A stretch of 63,893 nt of DNA, counting the filler, from Reclinomonas americana ATCC 50394 (Eukaryota): the NCBI GenBank assembly GCA_048213135.1. It is 13 parts of 13 records of this genome, joined end to end, with 100 filler letters (N's around TTAATTAATTAA, not from the genome) between each part and the next. Parts side by side here need not be neighbours in the genome. Positions count along the whole stretch, not along the records: positions 16,047 to 20,814 come from AFZH01018406.1; positions 20,915 to 25,275 come from AFZH01018407.1; positions 25,376 to 36,728 come from AFZH01018408.1; positions 36,829 to 41,645 come from AFZH01018409.1; positions 41,746 to 46,066 come from AFZH01018411.1; 8 more parts are not named here. One strand, given 5' to 3'. The stretch's first letter is position 1. Each line of letters opens with the position of its first letter. The notes below the pieces were generated by a model. The model saw nothing but the letters and a program-made list of their open reading frames with translations, searched no databases and was not told the DNA's origin. Below are positions 16,047 through 42,148 of this stretch, piece after piece. The translations under genes and the position numbers were made by a program.

Positions 16047-18108
16047 CGGCAAGTACTTCCAGGGGCGCGGCAACCAGACGCCGGCGTACTTTCATGGTGT
16101 GGAGGAGTCGCATTATGTGTTTATGAATCTGCATACGGGGCGCGTCTACTGCATCCCCGACGGCTACGAGATTCTGGATCACTCGTTGCAGGATATCAAG
16201 TACAACTGGAAGCCGACGTACACGGCTGAGCAGGTGCAGCAGTGCGATCGGGTCACGCGCAAGAGTCGCGGCGTGGACGGTATCGAGTACATTCCCGGCA
16301 CCATTGGCCTCAACACGCTCACCAACACCGAGTTCATCAACACGGTGCTGCATTCGCTGAGCAAGGTGCGCCCGCTGCGCAGCTACTTTATGGATCAGGG
16401 CAATGTGGACCGACTGACCACGCATGGACCGGGAGGTGCGGATGTTTTTGTTTGTTTTGTCGGCGATCAGACTGGAGACAAGGACCGCTCACCCTTGTTC
16501 CTCTTTGTGCGGGCAGTGCGTCTGCTTGGCGAATTCGGCGAGCTGATTCGCAAAATGTGGAATCCGCGCAACTTCCGTGGCCACATTAGTCCGCACGAGG
16601 TCGTGCAAGCAGGTGCGCGCGCGTGTGTGTATGATTGAATCTGGGATGGTGGGGAAAAGCAGCTGCTCACCTGTCTCGCCCGTGCAGTGTCGGAGGCGAG
16701 CAACAAGCAATTCTGCATCGGCAAGAAGGGCAGTCCGCTCGAGTTCTTGCAGTGGCTGCTCAACACCATGAGTGCCACCATTCGAGTTGCGGCTGCCGAG
16801 GCACTCTCCTTGAAATGCCCAACTCACGTCTCTCTGGTGCATGCAGGAGGGTGATCCGGAACTGCGTGCCAAGGCGCTGGAGAAGCTGAAGAAGCAGCGT
16901 CAAAAAGGCGGCGTCAGTGAGCGCAAGGCCACGCAAGCCGTGCAGAGCGTCAAGACGATTATCGAGCGCACCTTCCAGGGTCGTGTGCGCACTCGATCGT
17001 ATCGGGTAAAGGTGCAGGGTGTCGAGGACTCGGGACCGCGGAAAGGTGTGTTCTATCCATGTTCTCTCCGTTGTTATTGCTTTTCGTCGCACTCACTGTG
17101 CATCGCAGTGGGCGTGGATGTAAAAGTGGAAAAGAAGGAGCAGGTGGAGGAACGGACGCATGAGCGCACGACCACGAATCCGTTCTTGTGCGTGCTGGGT
17201 GTGCTTGACATCGGGTGCATTGTGTCGCTGATGAGCATGTTGGTCGCTTGCAGGCTGCTGACGTTGGACATACCGCCGGCACCGCTCTTTGTGGACGCCC
17301 ACGAACGCAACATCATTCCTCAAGTGCCTCTTATGACGCTGCTGAGAAAATTCGACGGCGTGACGACGACAGTTTTGTCTCCCTGCATACAGACCCTGCG
17401 CACGTGCATTCTCAATTTTGGCTTTTTTGTTCCGCAGGACGTGGCCGTGGGAGCTGGTACGCTGGAGAAGCGCTCGTACACCATCACGCGCCTGCCCGAG
17501 TACATTATTTTCCACATTCGGCGCTTCACGAAGAACGAGTTCTACGTCGAGAAGAATCCGACAATTGTCAACTTCCCGCTGGCCAATCTCGACATGGTGC
17601 GCCCGTCCTTGGTCTCGTCTCGTCCTCTCACGCGAGCCACTCATCGCCTCCACGCAGAGCCCGTTTGTGGACCTCGATGAGTCGCAGCGAGGCAAGGTGA
17701 GCACCAAGTACAACTTGGTGGCCAACATCACGCACGTTGACGAGAAGAACCCCGACGACGAGGGCGGCAAGTACAAGCTGCACGTGATGGACGAGGGCTC
17801 GTACAAGGTGCACGTGGTGCACAAGGTATGCGCCGACCAAACTCTGGAATGTGGTGGCATGGAAGAAGATGATGATTGTGTGTTGTACCCAGGCGGCCAA
17901 CCAATGGTTCGAGATCGACGGTCTCGTGGTCAAGGAGGTCATTCCGCAGCAGGTGGCGCTCTCGGAGGCCTTTATCCAAATATACGAGCGCCAGAACCTG
18001 CCGTCGGCTGGATCCTCATCGTCGTCGACCACCACGACCACTGCCTCATCGGCCGCGGGCCCAAGTGGCGTCCGCAGTAACGGCAACGGCATGGAGGTGG
18101 ACCACTAA
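16047..18108 (+). CDS. USP39: U4/U6.U5 tri-snRNP-associated protein 2 (USP39/Sad1), 5' end in gap
   Basis: GKYFQGRG..AYFH, YCIPDGYEI.D.SL.DIKY, FGELIRKMWNPRNFRGHISPHE, LTLDIPPAPLF, RFTKNEFYVEKNPTIVNFP, LSEAFIQIYER. Confidence 0.95.
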
Positions 18109-18255
18109 AGGGCGGTGGTGAGGAGATGAGAGGGAAAAGAAAAGAGAGAGAGAGAGAAATGCCTCGTTTTGCGCAATGAGACCGAATGCATAATAGCCAC
18201 CAAGACCGAGCAGTGATGATTGCGCGCCATTCGTTCATTTTTCAGCACGGTGGCG

Positions 18256-20758
18256 TTACCTGCCTACTGTGTTGGCCTTGACACGCTCCTCCAACGCCGC
18301 CAGCTTCTGCAGCTGTTGCGCATTGCCAATGTCAGTCGCCCCGCAGACACACAAAGTACGAGAGCTGGCACACACATACCAGCACTTCGGAGTCGTCGTG
18401 AAAGTAAACAAACAGGTTGCGCAGGTCGACCTCGTACGCTGGCATGCGCTCCAACATCTGCAGGACCATGATTGAGCCACGGTGAGCGAGGCATGTCAGA
18501 CCATGGGTCGCACAAACCTCGCCCTTTTGCTGCCTCTCCGCCAGCAACGTCTCCAGCTCCTCGGCCAACTGCATGGTCACTCGTTCGAGTCGTTCCCTCG
18601 CGTCCACCAATCGCTTCGGGGTGAGCACAATCTGCCCGCCACCGGCACTGTCCGACAGCACACGCATGATGGACTCAAAGTCGTTTCGTCTGCATCACCC
18701 CTCGCGTATCAGTGGACGTGCCGATTCTGCACACGAAAAAACCGGCACGCAACAGCTGCTGGACTGAGAGCCGAATGTTGGCACCGGCGGCCTCCAGGCT
18801 CTTGGCCAGCGTGGCCACGTTCTGCACCAACGATTCGGCGGCCTTGACCACACCCTTGTAGCTCACAAAGATGCCCGACTGCGCCGTCGAGTCCACACAA
18901 TTATAAGAAGATCTATGATATGGAGGCAACAATAGTCACCACACGCAACATCCTGCTGCTGCTGCAGTGGGGAGGCTTGATCACCGCTGCCGCCACTGCC
19001 GCCGCTGGCTGCACCCACTTGCAGGAAGCGATGCACGCGTGTCCACAGTACATCTCGCGAGTCCACCGTGGCGCGCTTTGGAGTGGCCGCCATTTCCTCC
19101 ACCGCTTCGTACACGTTCTGTGCACAAGCACACGAGCGCATAGAGAGTCAGGAATCTCACAGTCGCACTGAATGCAAATGCGTTCATGCCCACCATTCGC
19201 AGTTTCCAGCCAGCCGCCGCCTGCGACAGCGTTTGTTGGCAGCTGCCGAGAAGCACCACCGTGTCTCGATGTGTCTGCATTTCGGCGACAAGTGCGTGCT
19301 GCAAGAACAGGTGACGTCCCGACTGTGCCACCAGCTCGTCAATGACCTGCGACCTATGGGTGAGAAGACATCGACAACCAGCCTCGCCTCCAAGTCACAC
19401 ACACGCAACTCGCTGCTGCTTGCGCAGCTGGTACTGTTGGCGTGCAATCTTGTATCGATAGTCACCCTGCGCAGCCAGTCGTGAGTGCACTCTGCTGCTG
19501 CATTTTCCTTCTCATCACTCTTCCACGCACCTCCAACACATCACACCACACGAGCTGTGCCAGCTCCTTGTACACCGCCGGTAGCTCCTTCTGCTGCATA
19601 CGCTCGCACATGGTGACATATTCACGCGTGTGCATGCGTGCCTCCTCCGCCTGCGTCCGCCACGCCACCACGTCACTCTTGGCGATCGGGCCGGAATGCA
19701 ATCCAGTCACACGCAGAGCGTCCATCGACTGTCGCAACCATCGCTCCTGTGCCTGCAGTCCGGCGAGTTCCGCGGCCGCCACAATGCGCTGCTGCTGCGT
19801 CAGTGGATAACTGCACGAGTCAACACACAAGTCAATGGCAATGAAGGAAGGTGACATGCGCGACGCGTCTGCGCAACATGCTCTGCAATCGCGTCATTTC
19901 TCGAGTGTACTCCTTGTGGCGGGCCGCCGACTCGCCCTTGACAAGAAGCAGAGTGCGCGGATTCTCGAGAGCCGAGCGCACACTGGCTTTGGAGCCGTCA
20001 TCGGCACGAGGCTGCACCAGCCAGATGTGGTCAGCAAGGAGAAGCTCTTGCTCCGCCGCAAAGCAAGGACACAAACCTGTGCGTTCAGTTTGTGTGCGTA
20101 GTGGCTGAGGGCACGCATCAGATCGTCGTCGGCCGCCGTGTAGGCCAGCAACGGTGTGCGTGACAGCAACGCTGCGGGTTCACCAGGCTGCAGCACGCCA
20201 GTCAGCTCGTTCACACTGTTGTCGAGGTCGGAGAGCACGGCGTCTGTCTCGCGATCCAGCTGCTGCAGCTTCATCTGCAGCTCGCGAATGTACACATCAG
20301 AGCCAAAGGGCGCCACTGCCGACGACGTGGGCGATCCAGACGAGCTTCCTCCGCCGCTGCCACCACCACTGCCAGCAGTGGTGGCCTTGCGCGAGTGCGT
20401 TGCCGTAATGGCCGCCTGCAGTCGATTGCGCTGATGCGTGCTCTTGCGCAGCTTGCCCTGCAATCGCTCCAGCTCACTCGTCAACTCCTCCACCTCGGCC
20501 CTGCGGCGACAAAGGCCGGTGTGAGCACCACACTTGAAGAGAATAGACGACGATGATATGGTCGCGACAAAACTGCAGCGCCGGCATGCTGTCCATGGTC
20601 AGCACTTCTCCGCCACCACCCGCTCGAATCGCCGACATGGCCTCGTCCAGCGCGTGACCCTGTGCTCACAGTGAGACAACAGATCTCAGCAGAAACAAGA
20701 GAGAGAGAGAGGGATGCTTGCCTCCAGTGCGAGGCCCGCTGCCGTCAGCTCCTCATAC
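18256..20758 (-). CDS. HAUS3: HAUS augmin-like complex subunit 3, 5' end in gap
   Basis: YEELTAAGLALE|GHALDEA, EMTRLQS, ELAQL...VLE|GDYRYKIARQQY, LVAQSGRHLFL, LTPKRL, RNLFVYFH resemble HAUS3 motifs (GDYDLKxxRQxYY). Confidence 0.75.
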
Positions 20759-21278
20759 CTGTGCACAGACAGACACCAGCAAAATCAGGGAGTGCGCGCG
20801 AGAGAGAGAGAGAANNNNNNNNNNNNNNNNNNNNNNNNNNNNNNNNNNNNNNNNNNNNTTAATTAATTAANNNNNNNNNNNNNNNNNNNNNNNNNNNNNN
20901 NNNNNNNNNNNNNNGAAGAATGGCGATTTCGCGCCAAATTTTGTGGATCGCAAGCGAAGTTCAATGTGAAGTGCCTTCACTTTCATTGTCTCCGACCTTC
21001 CCATAGTACGCAGTGCACTCTACGGTGACGAGTATCGTGCCTGCAGCAATGGACGCAAAGAGGAAGAGGTTTCGAGACAGCTTCGAAGTTCATCACAGGA
21101 CAAGTCATCAACTCCCCCAACAACAAGGGCAGCATTTTGCACGCGCATTGTGCCACCATCCCTACCGCATTCTCTGCACATCCCCGCCGGCAAACAGGCA
21201 TCAAGCAACACACAGGACAAAGGGCTAAATTTGGCATCCCTCAGTCGTGTTGTGCTCTTCGCTGTTGTCCGCGTGACG

Positions 21279-29724
<8,446 letters not shown>

Positions 29725-29866
29725 GTCCTGTGCACAGTGTGTGTGTGTGTGCGTGTGTCTCTCTATCTCTCTCTTTCTCTCTCATACCGTCGTCACTCGT
29801 AAACATGAACAACAACAACATCGATGAGGGAGCCAGAGTGATATGAAAACATTTACACAGCGAGGT

Positions 29867-32800
29867 TTATTTTCTTGCGGCGACGCGCGCCGTGTGTCGC
29901 TCAGACGCACGGTGCAGTGCAGTCGGCAGGTCGCGCACCAAGTCGCCGCGGGGTGGATTACCCACCGTCACGCGCAGTTGCAGCCGGGTGGGTGGGTCGT
30001 CGGTGGAAATCAGTCGGACACGCTCGTCGCCAAGCAGCGACGCAAACGCCTCGGTGCACAACTTGGCGCTGAGCATCCAGTTGGCCGCGCTCGACACACT
30101 GGCGCCCACGTCATTGTGATCATCGCCGTCGTCGTCGGGCGTCACCTCAAAATCAATGTCGAGTGTGCCACTCTGCAACACGTAGCGCACTCCGCTGGGC
30201 GGAAAGTCGCCGAGAGCAGCGTCGAGAACACGATCCACTTGTCGCGCGACCTCCTTGCCACACGCACGAGGTGTGCGTGGCGGCGGACTGGCGGCGTCAG
30301 TGGCACTGACGACGGCGACAGCAACAGGTGTGGCGCGCACAGGCACGGGAACCGGAGGCAGCAGAGTGAGTTGCGGCATTGGCGGGCGTGCCATCGACAC
30401 GCCCACTTCGTCGCCACCCATTGTGCTCCCGACATCGTCATAGTCGTCGTCGCCGTCGTCGGTGAACGACAGAGAATGCTGCCGCCCACCGAAGCGCTGC
30501 GACGACAGCGGTGTGGTTGCAGCGGAGGCTGGTCTCTCCAGTTGCGCAGCCGACATGCGGCCGTGCACGTCGGCCTCCGCATTGTCGCACAACTCGGCAA
30601 TCTCACCCTCGCTCTTGCCGAGTTGCTTGCCGACCTCGACCAACTTGGCGCGCATGCGCTGCCGATCGGCGCCGAATTTCTCCACCAGCGCAGCAGCATC
30701 CCGGGCACGCACCAGTCGCTCCTCCACCTTGTCGAAGAGTTGTGCGTGGCGGAGCGCGGCCACTTTTTCGGAATGGCGCTCAAACTCCTGCTGCAGCAGA
30801 ATCTGTCGTTCCACCGCCAACTGCAACTCCACCGTCAAGCGGTTCCAGTACGCCTCGAGGAGAGCCGGCAGCACAATAGTGCGTTCGTCGGTGACCCACG
30901 TCTCAAAATCGGTCAGGTTGAGGGCGGCCAGTTCGCGGCTCGATTGCACAAACCACGTCGGCAATGCCGTGGTGTGATCCACCGCATCCGCAAACGCCTC
31001 CAGTCGCGTCGAGAGTGACGCAGCGCGCGTCTGCAACGAGGGCATCATGCGCGCAACGCCGGCGATAATCTGCACGTCCAGCATGCATTTTAGTTTGCAG
31101 GCTTGCCAGCCAGACAGACGCTTAGGCCGCACACACCTGCGATTCGGTCTTGTTGTCGGCAATCCGTCGCTGCAGCTCCTGCAGCTGCGCAGCCAGTGCG
31201 GCTCGTTCCTCTTCCACGCGCTGTTGGCACGAACGCACAGTGCGCTCGGCGTGCTCGGTCAGTCCTCGCAGACGAGTGGCGTGTTCACGAGTGCCGCTCT
31301 GCCCACTGACACAGGCGGCCAGCATCTGTTCCCACTGCTGGGCGTGGACACCGCCGCTGGCACTCGTTTGCAGCCAGTCGCCCCACACAGACACGTCGGT
31401 GTCGTGAGCCGCGCGCGACGAAGCCACGCGGGCGTCGGTGCACGAGTGCTGCAGTAGTTGGGATCAGCAACGGAGAAGCAAAAAGAAAAGAGATGGCGGA
31501 CAAGTGAAAGCGCGCACCGTGGACGCTTGCAGTGCGTCGCGCGTGGCCAGCTGTTGTTCGTGAGCTTGCTCGACCAGCGAGAGGGAACGACTGAGTTCGT
31601 GCTCATCGCCGGCGACTCGCCGCAGTGCGTCGCCGACAGCCACGGCCTGCGCACACAGCTCCTGCACGTGCTCGGTGAGCAGCGCCACGGCTGCGGTCGC
31701 CGGCGGAAACGCCGTGATGCAAGACGGTGGTATGTCGGCAAGACGGCGCTGGCAGTCGACCAGAAAGTCGCGGGTGCGAGTGCACACGTGCGCCGCACAT
31801 TTCTCCGTCACTGCGGCCGGCGTGTTCATGCTGCCGGTGGGCGACGACGCAAAGGATGCCAACGACTGTGACAACGTCGGCAGTGACAGCGGATCGTACG
31901 ACGACAGTTGAGGTTGCTTTCCGCCCGCAGGCGGCAGCGCGCTGGCGTGCCGCTCACCGTCGACCACCAAACGGGCCAGTTCACGAAAGATTTCACGTTC
32001 CAGCTCCCACACTCGCTGCTGGAGTCCCTTGTCGGCTGAACGAGAGAAGAAGAACAATTGTATGTCAGTATGACCACATGTTATGCATCACTACACACAC
32101 TTACCAGCCTCGGGCAACACCAGCTTGTCGGCAGCAACGAGATCGTGCGGTGCCAGACTGTGTCTCATCTCGAACGAGTAGTGCATGCCGGGCAGCAGAT
32201 CGGTAATGTCGCACTTGCCAGAGCGGCCCTTGATCAATCGCAAGCGCACCACCTCCACCCCAAACGACTCGGTGACGACGGTGACATCGAAGCGGGAGTC
32301 GGGCAGCGGCAACGACTGCGGAATCGGGCAATCGTGGCCGAGCGCCTCTACAATCCACGGTGCATACTCGTCGGCATCGAAAAATGGCCGCGGATCCCAA
32401 GACAACTCGACACCAAACGGCAACGCCTTCCAGCGCACTTCTAGCATGGCTGCGCAAACATATCCACGCAGTCAGCCACCGTTGCGTCACGCAAGGCCGA
32501 CAACTGTGCTTACGCACGATCATCCGGGCACTCGACATCCAGCCACGCTCCGCGCACCCACTCGGTGTCGACACGGGATTTCGTCGGCGACGCCGGCGTG
32601 GCGGCATTGACAGACGACGACCATTCCACAGGCACAACGCGCGCTTCGAGTCGAAAGCGATGCACGACGCCTGGTTCCAGTTCCGATACCACCACACCCC
32701 ACACTCCCGGATGCTGGGTCTGCACGATGCGCACGTCATGGACCACTGCCACTCAGAAGAACATCGCCAGTCAGTGAGTAAGTGAATGAATGTGAAGGAA

Positions 32801-34735
32801 AACTCTTCATCAGGAGCTGACCTTGTGTGCGTTCGTTGTCGTCGGCTCGCTGGTGCACCAGTCGCACGTCCGCTCGGGGAGGCAGACGGAAGGCGTCGAA
32901 CTTGAACATGGCCACTCGGCCACCACATCCAATCAGCGGAATGCGCTGCAGTGGTGGAACATGCTCCGGTAGTACTGCGAGGTGATGGAGGCACGATTAT
33001 TTGAAGAAAGTGTGGGAATCACGCAGTCGCAGCACGACCAAACCAACCTTGCAGCGCATACACCTTGATAGTCTTGTCGCGCGATCCCGACGCCACGTGC
33101 ACCAGATTTGCACTCCACGACACCGACACGACGCTGGCGCTGTGGTCGGCTTGTGTGTGCAAGCATTCGCCAGTTTCGGCGCTCCACACGCGCACCGTCT
33201 CGTCCCACGAACTGGAGACCAAGTGCATTCCACTCGGATGCCACGCGAGATCGCGACACTCGTCCGTGTGACCGACGAGTGTCATGAGTGACTCGGCACG
33301 TTCACACACACCACCGGCGTCGACAGGCACCGTCGCATCCCATATTCGGATGGTGCGGTCGAACGAGGATGTCGCCACACGATCGCCTCGTGGAGACCAC
33401 GCGACACCAAACACCTGCATGTGCACGCCGGTCAGCTCCACAGCAGAGCGATATCGAGGGGGGAAAAGATCAAGCTAGCGGAAACGAGACTGACCTGATC
33501 CTTGTGGCCCATTAAAACGAGCACACACTGAAACGATTGCATGTCCCACACGCGGGCGGTGAGGTCGGCAGACGATGAAATGAGGTACCTTCCGTCGGGG
33601 CTAAAGCTGACGAGGAAGGTCGGTGCTAGTGGGGGGAAAGTGGATGTGAGGGGCAGGGAAAAGAGGAAAGAGGAAAGTCAAATGGAATGAAACGACGCGT
33701 GAGAAAGACAGGCACGTATTACATCGAACCAACCTGCATGACCGGTGAGCGTGGCGAGGTGGCGTCCGCGCAAGGACCACACACGAACGGTGCGGTCGTG
33801 ACTCGCCGAGGCCACCATGTCCCCAGTCGGTGACACGGCGACGCCGACCACCATTTTCTCGTGGCCTTCCCACGTGGCCACACACGGCACCTCAATCGCC
33901 CCACCAGAGACCACAGTCGATGTGTCCCACACCTTCACCGTCATGTCGTTGCTGCCGGAGACCAGATGCCGACCGTCGGGAGTCCATGCAACCTGCCGAG
34001 CGTGCAATCGGTCACGAGAAACAAAGGCAAGATTGAATGTGCTTGCAAGGTGCGCACCGATCGAACGTGTGCCGAGTGTCCTTCAAGGATGGCCAGCGAT
34101 CGGCCCATGCCAGTGTCCCACAGTCGGACTGAGGATCCGGAGCAAAGAGTGAGCAACGCAAGCAAATTTGATGTTCAAAATCGGCAACCGGCGCTGTGTG
34201 CATCTGTCTGTGTGTGGCAGCAACCGCCTCGAATCCCACAAATGTGCACGCAGAGTGACTTGCGTGATCGTGCACACAAAGGAAAAAAACGACACAAGCC
34301 ATGTGTGATTCACTCCGCGCACATATGAGAGCATTTCGAGACATGATGATGGGAAGACGATCATGCCCAAGACTCTCGTTCCTTCCCTACGCACTCCTCT
34401 CAGCTATCAAAGATACACACACATACACTCTCCGGCTTGTCACAACACACACAGACGCAGATATTCGAACACGGACCACGCACGTGCCTGCACTCGCTCA
34501 TGTGCCTCACTCTCACTCTCTCATACACGCACAGATAGACACAACACATGACAACGCAACTCGTTCCATCAACAGAGCACGAGGCAAGCAACGTCGGCAC
34601 AGTCGGACAAAATGCGACCGACTGTCACACACACGCACTCTTTAGTCACACGCACACACACTCATACACGCACAAAGGCGAGCGCACCTGAATCCACTTG
34701 GTGTGGCCCGTCAGCTCACACACCTCCCGCAACAT
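29867..34735 (-). CDS. WD40 repeat + fibronectin type III + long coiled-coil protein
   Basis: First exon MLREVCELTGHTKWIQ; multiple GH...WD repeats (33000-34700); FN3-like VVSELEPGVVHRFRL and ITDLLPGMHYSFEM; heptad-rich C-terminal half. Confidence 0.75.
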
Positions 34736-34893
34736 GCCTTCTCTCGTCCAATGCCACAAACCGAAACGGTTGGACAAACATCCGCGTGACTCATGGTGTG
34801 TTTCGCGCACTTTGTAGGAAACCCACCGACTTGAACTTTGTGTGTGAGAGAAAGTGTGTGTGCGTGCACGTGTGTTGTGTGTGTGTTTGTGTC

Positions 34894-37907
<3,014 letters not shown>

Positions 37908-38146
37908 GATGTGTGTGCGACGAGAGAGGAAGACAAGTCGATGAAAAGTGAAGCGTTTTGACAAGAGACTACGAGAAATGCACTCGAGAGAGTTTACACA
38001 CACACAACTAGAACAAGGCAGACACAAACAAACAACGAAACAATCAAGCTGACAGACAGACAGACAGATAATAGCATTACTTTTGAGCAAAACCCTGCAC
38101 CACAGCAAGCACCCAGTCAGTGAAATGTGCACGCATGCTGGGTGAA

Positions 38147-41100
38147 TCAAGAAAGAGAGGACGCAACAAAGCCACCAATGGACGGCGACGAGAACGGATT
38201 GTAGTACGAGCCACCAAACGGCGGCGCCACCTGCGACGGCTCCATCATGCTCGCACCGCTGCGCTGCTTTGTGAGTACGAGGAAAACAAAATCTGCACAG
38301 CACCGCCGAAATGGACAGCTATACCTTGGCGCAATCAATGAGGACGGCATGTAGGCCGGCGAGTGCTGCTGCATATGTGGAGCACGCGCAGGAAGCATTG
38401 GCTGCGGCGACAGACCGGACATCATGAAAGAGCCGAGGAACGATGATGATGGATCACTGCCGCCGCCGCCGCCGCCGCCGTAGGCAGACGACGGAGCACC
38501 GCCACCCATGAACGGCGGCATATGGAAGCCCGTCGAAAACGGGCCACCGAACGACGAGTATTCGCCACCACCGGCCGCAGCCGCCGCCGCCACCGACGAC
38601 GACGAAGACATTTGATGCGAGGGTGCAAACGGCGGCGAAATCACGGGCGAGCCCACCGCCTCACGCACAAAGCCCATGCCGCCAAGAGGGCCAGCGCCCA
38701 CCGGCGACACCACGACCTTGGAAACCGGATCCGACATTGGTCCTTGTCCAAACAGCTGGTGCGAAGGAGCCGGTGCGTGCAGGCGCGACACTCCATGTGA
38801 GTTCCCAGATCCCAGCAAGCCGCCCGAGCTGGACATAAACGCGTTGGTGGTAGTGGCGGTGGTAGCGGCTGGCACTGGTACTGGCGGCGTCATCGACTGT
38901 GGCGGCGGCGGAACCGACGGCGACAGCACGCTCGACACGGGAGGAGCGAACAAAGGCTGCGCACCAAAGACATCAAACGAGCGCGATACACCACCGCCCA
39001 TGGTGTGCGGTGACGTCGTCGTGGTGGTGGTGGTGAACGATGTCGGCGGGCCCGAAAGCGGAAGCATCGGTGGCGCCACGGCATTCACAGGCACCGAGGG
39101 CGCAGCCACAGCAGGCGAGGGGGCCACGGTCGCAAAGTCGAATTTGCTGCAGAAACAAAGAGGAGTCAGCGCGCGGAGTGCGTGGCGAGATGAGGAATCA
39201 CGGAATCACCGTTCAACTCGCGGCTGCGGTGGCGCAACGGCAGACGGCGCAGGCTCGACGGGTGCTTGCGGCACCAGCATCGAAGGCGCGGTCTTGGAGG
39301 CTGCGAGAGAGAGAGAGACAAAGTGAGTCAACTTCCACTACCAAAAAAGATGACGACTTGGAAACAAGTGTCGACGCAACCCCACGTGGTGACGGTACGC
39401 TCGGGGCTTCTGTCCGCCGCGTTCTTCTTCTTGCGCTGTGGCCCATTGACGGCAGCTCCCGTGGCCTCCGGTGCCGTCGCCGACAAAGACGAGGGCGATG
39501 TGGCGGTTGAGCCCTTGCCACCCTCAGCAACAACCGGTGATGCCACAGAAGCAGCAGCGGCAGCGGCCGCTTGCTTGTTCTGCTTTCGCCGAGCGCTCTT
39601 GCTCTCTGCCACCACTGGTGCGGCAGGTGGCGGCGTCTGCTGCTGTTGCTGTTGTTGTTGCTGTTGCTGTTGCTCCTGCTGCCGTCGTTGTTCGGCTTCG
39701 CGACGCTTCCTCTCCTCCAACGCCGCCTGCTCCTCCTGCTGGCGCCGTCGACGCAGAGCCTCCTCTTCTGCGCGACGCTGGCGCTCGGCCTCCTGCCGTT
39801 TCGCCTCTTCCGCCTTGCGTCGCTGGCGTTCAGCTTCCTCACGCTTTCGCTGCTGCTCCAGCTGCAACTTGCGCTCGGCCTCCAGAGTCTTCTGCTGCTG
39901 CTCCTCGCGCTTCTTTTGTCGCTTCTCCTTCTCCTTCTGGCTCTTCTGCTCCTTGCGCTGGCGCTTCTCCTCCTCGCGCTTCTCCTCCAACTCCATCTCG
40001 CGCAGCAGACGATGCTGATTGGCCAGTGCCACCAGATCCTTGTATGCCATGAGCACTTTCTGCAAGAGGGGTGGACGAATGTTCAGGCATACACAAAAGG
40101 GAAAAATGGGAGTTGAAGGGGAACAAACCTGGATAAAGAGACGGGCCACAAAGATCTGGAAGAAGAATCTGGCCTCCTGTCGACGACACTGCGGTTTCTG
40201 GCACGGATCCTCCTCTCCCGCAGCAGCCGCACCTGCACTGACAGCCTCCACCACGGCCGATGTGACTGCAGGGTCGGCGTCGTGTGCCATGTCGGCCGGA
40301 ACAATGACGACGTCGTCATCGTTTTCGCTGTCGTCGTCATCGTCGTCGTCCTCGTCCGACTGCGTGAATGCATTCATCTGGGTGAGCCAGCAGCAGCAAC
40401 AATACACAGATAAAGTAGTGCCGGTACGAAACGTAGTCGTCGTCCTCATCATCCTCCTCGTCATCTTCATCATCGTCCATGTCTTCGTCATCGTCGTCCT
40501 CGTCGTCGTCTTCGTCGTCCATGTACGCCGCTGTAGCACCACCCATCACGTAAGTTCCTTGCCGGCCGCCGCCACACACATCCCCACTCTCTCTCAATTC
40601 AAGTCAAACACCCACCATCTCCACGACTCAAGCCACCCTCGTGGTCGTCATCGTCAATGTCGCTGCCGTCGTACGAGGATCCCCCGTCGTCGTCGTCATC
40701 CATGTGGCCGGCGTGTCCGGCAGCCGCGGAGCTGCCATAGGCATCCGCAGAACAATGCGATGCGGGTGCAAATGTCGCCGGAGTGACAAAACATCCCGTC
40801 TCCAACCACTTCTGGTAGTAGTGTTGGAAGGCGTGCGAGCGAAAGGAGAGTGTGTCCTTTTCGTCAAACAAGTCCATGACGCGATCCATAATGTCCGCAA
40901 AGTGACAGCCGCCGTCGCTGGTGGGTGGTGCGCGGTGAGAGGCAAAAAAAGGAAGAACGGGAAAAGGGGAGAACAAGGGGAAGAAGACACAGCAAGTGGA
41001 GTAGGAGAATCAAAGACATGTGACGGACTCTTCTATGTGCACGTCTTTCCACGCAACGAAAAGAATTCCTCCAGTAGCGTGACATGCGCATTCTCCGTCA

Positions 41101-41560
41101 TGAGACATTCTCCAAACGGTAACTCCGTCCGCCCCGCGGTTGCAAAGGCCGACGACTGCGATGCTGGAGGCGGCGGTGGTGGTGGTGGCGGGGGTGGAAG
41201 TTGAAGCTGCTGCTGCTGCTGCGGGTGCGGAGGTGGCCCGCTATCCACTGCCCGTGGAGATGAACCCGCCTGCAACTGCAATCTCTGCAGCTGCTCCTCC
41301 CCTTTTTCTTGCTGTTCCGCCTGCAGCAGCAGCTGCTGCTGCTGCTGCTGCTTCGCCTGCTGCAGTTGGTAATGGTAGTGGTGATGGTGGTGATGATGAT
41401 GGAGAAGATGATGATGGTGGTAATGGTGATGCATGTTCCCATACGTGGCCCGACGCGCTCTCGCCGCATACGACTGCGCCAGCGACGACGCCGCCGCCGG
41501 GTCGCTCTCCAGCGCCCGCAAGTGATCCGTACCACGATCCCTCAACTCTTTGCAGTACTC
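38147..41560 (-). CDS. Nst1-like stress-response coiled-coil protein (5' end in gap); acidic, poly-Q/H and Pro/Ser-rich regions
   Basis: QEARFFFQIFVARLFIQ|KVLMAYKDLVALANQHRLLREMELEE resembles the fungal Nst1 motif EGRRMFQIFAARMFEQRVLxAY, followed by a K/E/R coiled coil. Confidence 0.65.
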
Positions 41561-41785
41561 TACACACAAAAGTGAGTCAGTACGCGAGACGCAATGCGCA
41601 AGGGGGGGAGCGAGCGAGGAGAAACACACCACTGACTTCGCTGTCNNNNNNNNNNNNNNNNNNNNNNNNNNNNNNNNNNNNNNNNNNNNTTAATTAATTA
41701 ANNNNNNNNNNNNNNNNNNNNNNNNNNNNNNNNNNNNNNNNNNNNGCTCCTACGTACCCGTCGTCGGTGTCGTCGTCGAGTAGTC

Positions 41786-41824
<39 letters not shown>

Positions 41825-42148
41825 AGAGGGTGGAGAAGGAGTGGTTGTCGTACTTCTCGTGCAAGTTTGCTGCTCTCCAGACGCACGGACAAGAGCAACA
41901 AAGTGCATAGAGTTGAGAGCAGAGGAGTTGCTAGTTTCGTGCAAGGAAGTCATCTTTCTGCATTCGCAAGTCAGCGCACGTGCTGATGAGATGAAGAGCA
42001 ACTGGCGTGCATCTCTCTTCCTGCACGTGTGGCAGACAGCTTGTGTTGCCGCTCTTCTCTTCGAGACAATGGGTGGAGACGAGAAGGAAGAGACGAATAG
42101 AAAGGAGAAGTGGATCTGCTCTCGTTTCTTCTTTGCATCCTTTTCCTC

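Noticed and set aside
20985..21105. Possible C/D snoRNA on the minus strand (GTGATGA box, short terminal stem)
   Set aside because: No proper CTGA D box and no identifiable guide
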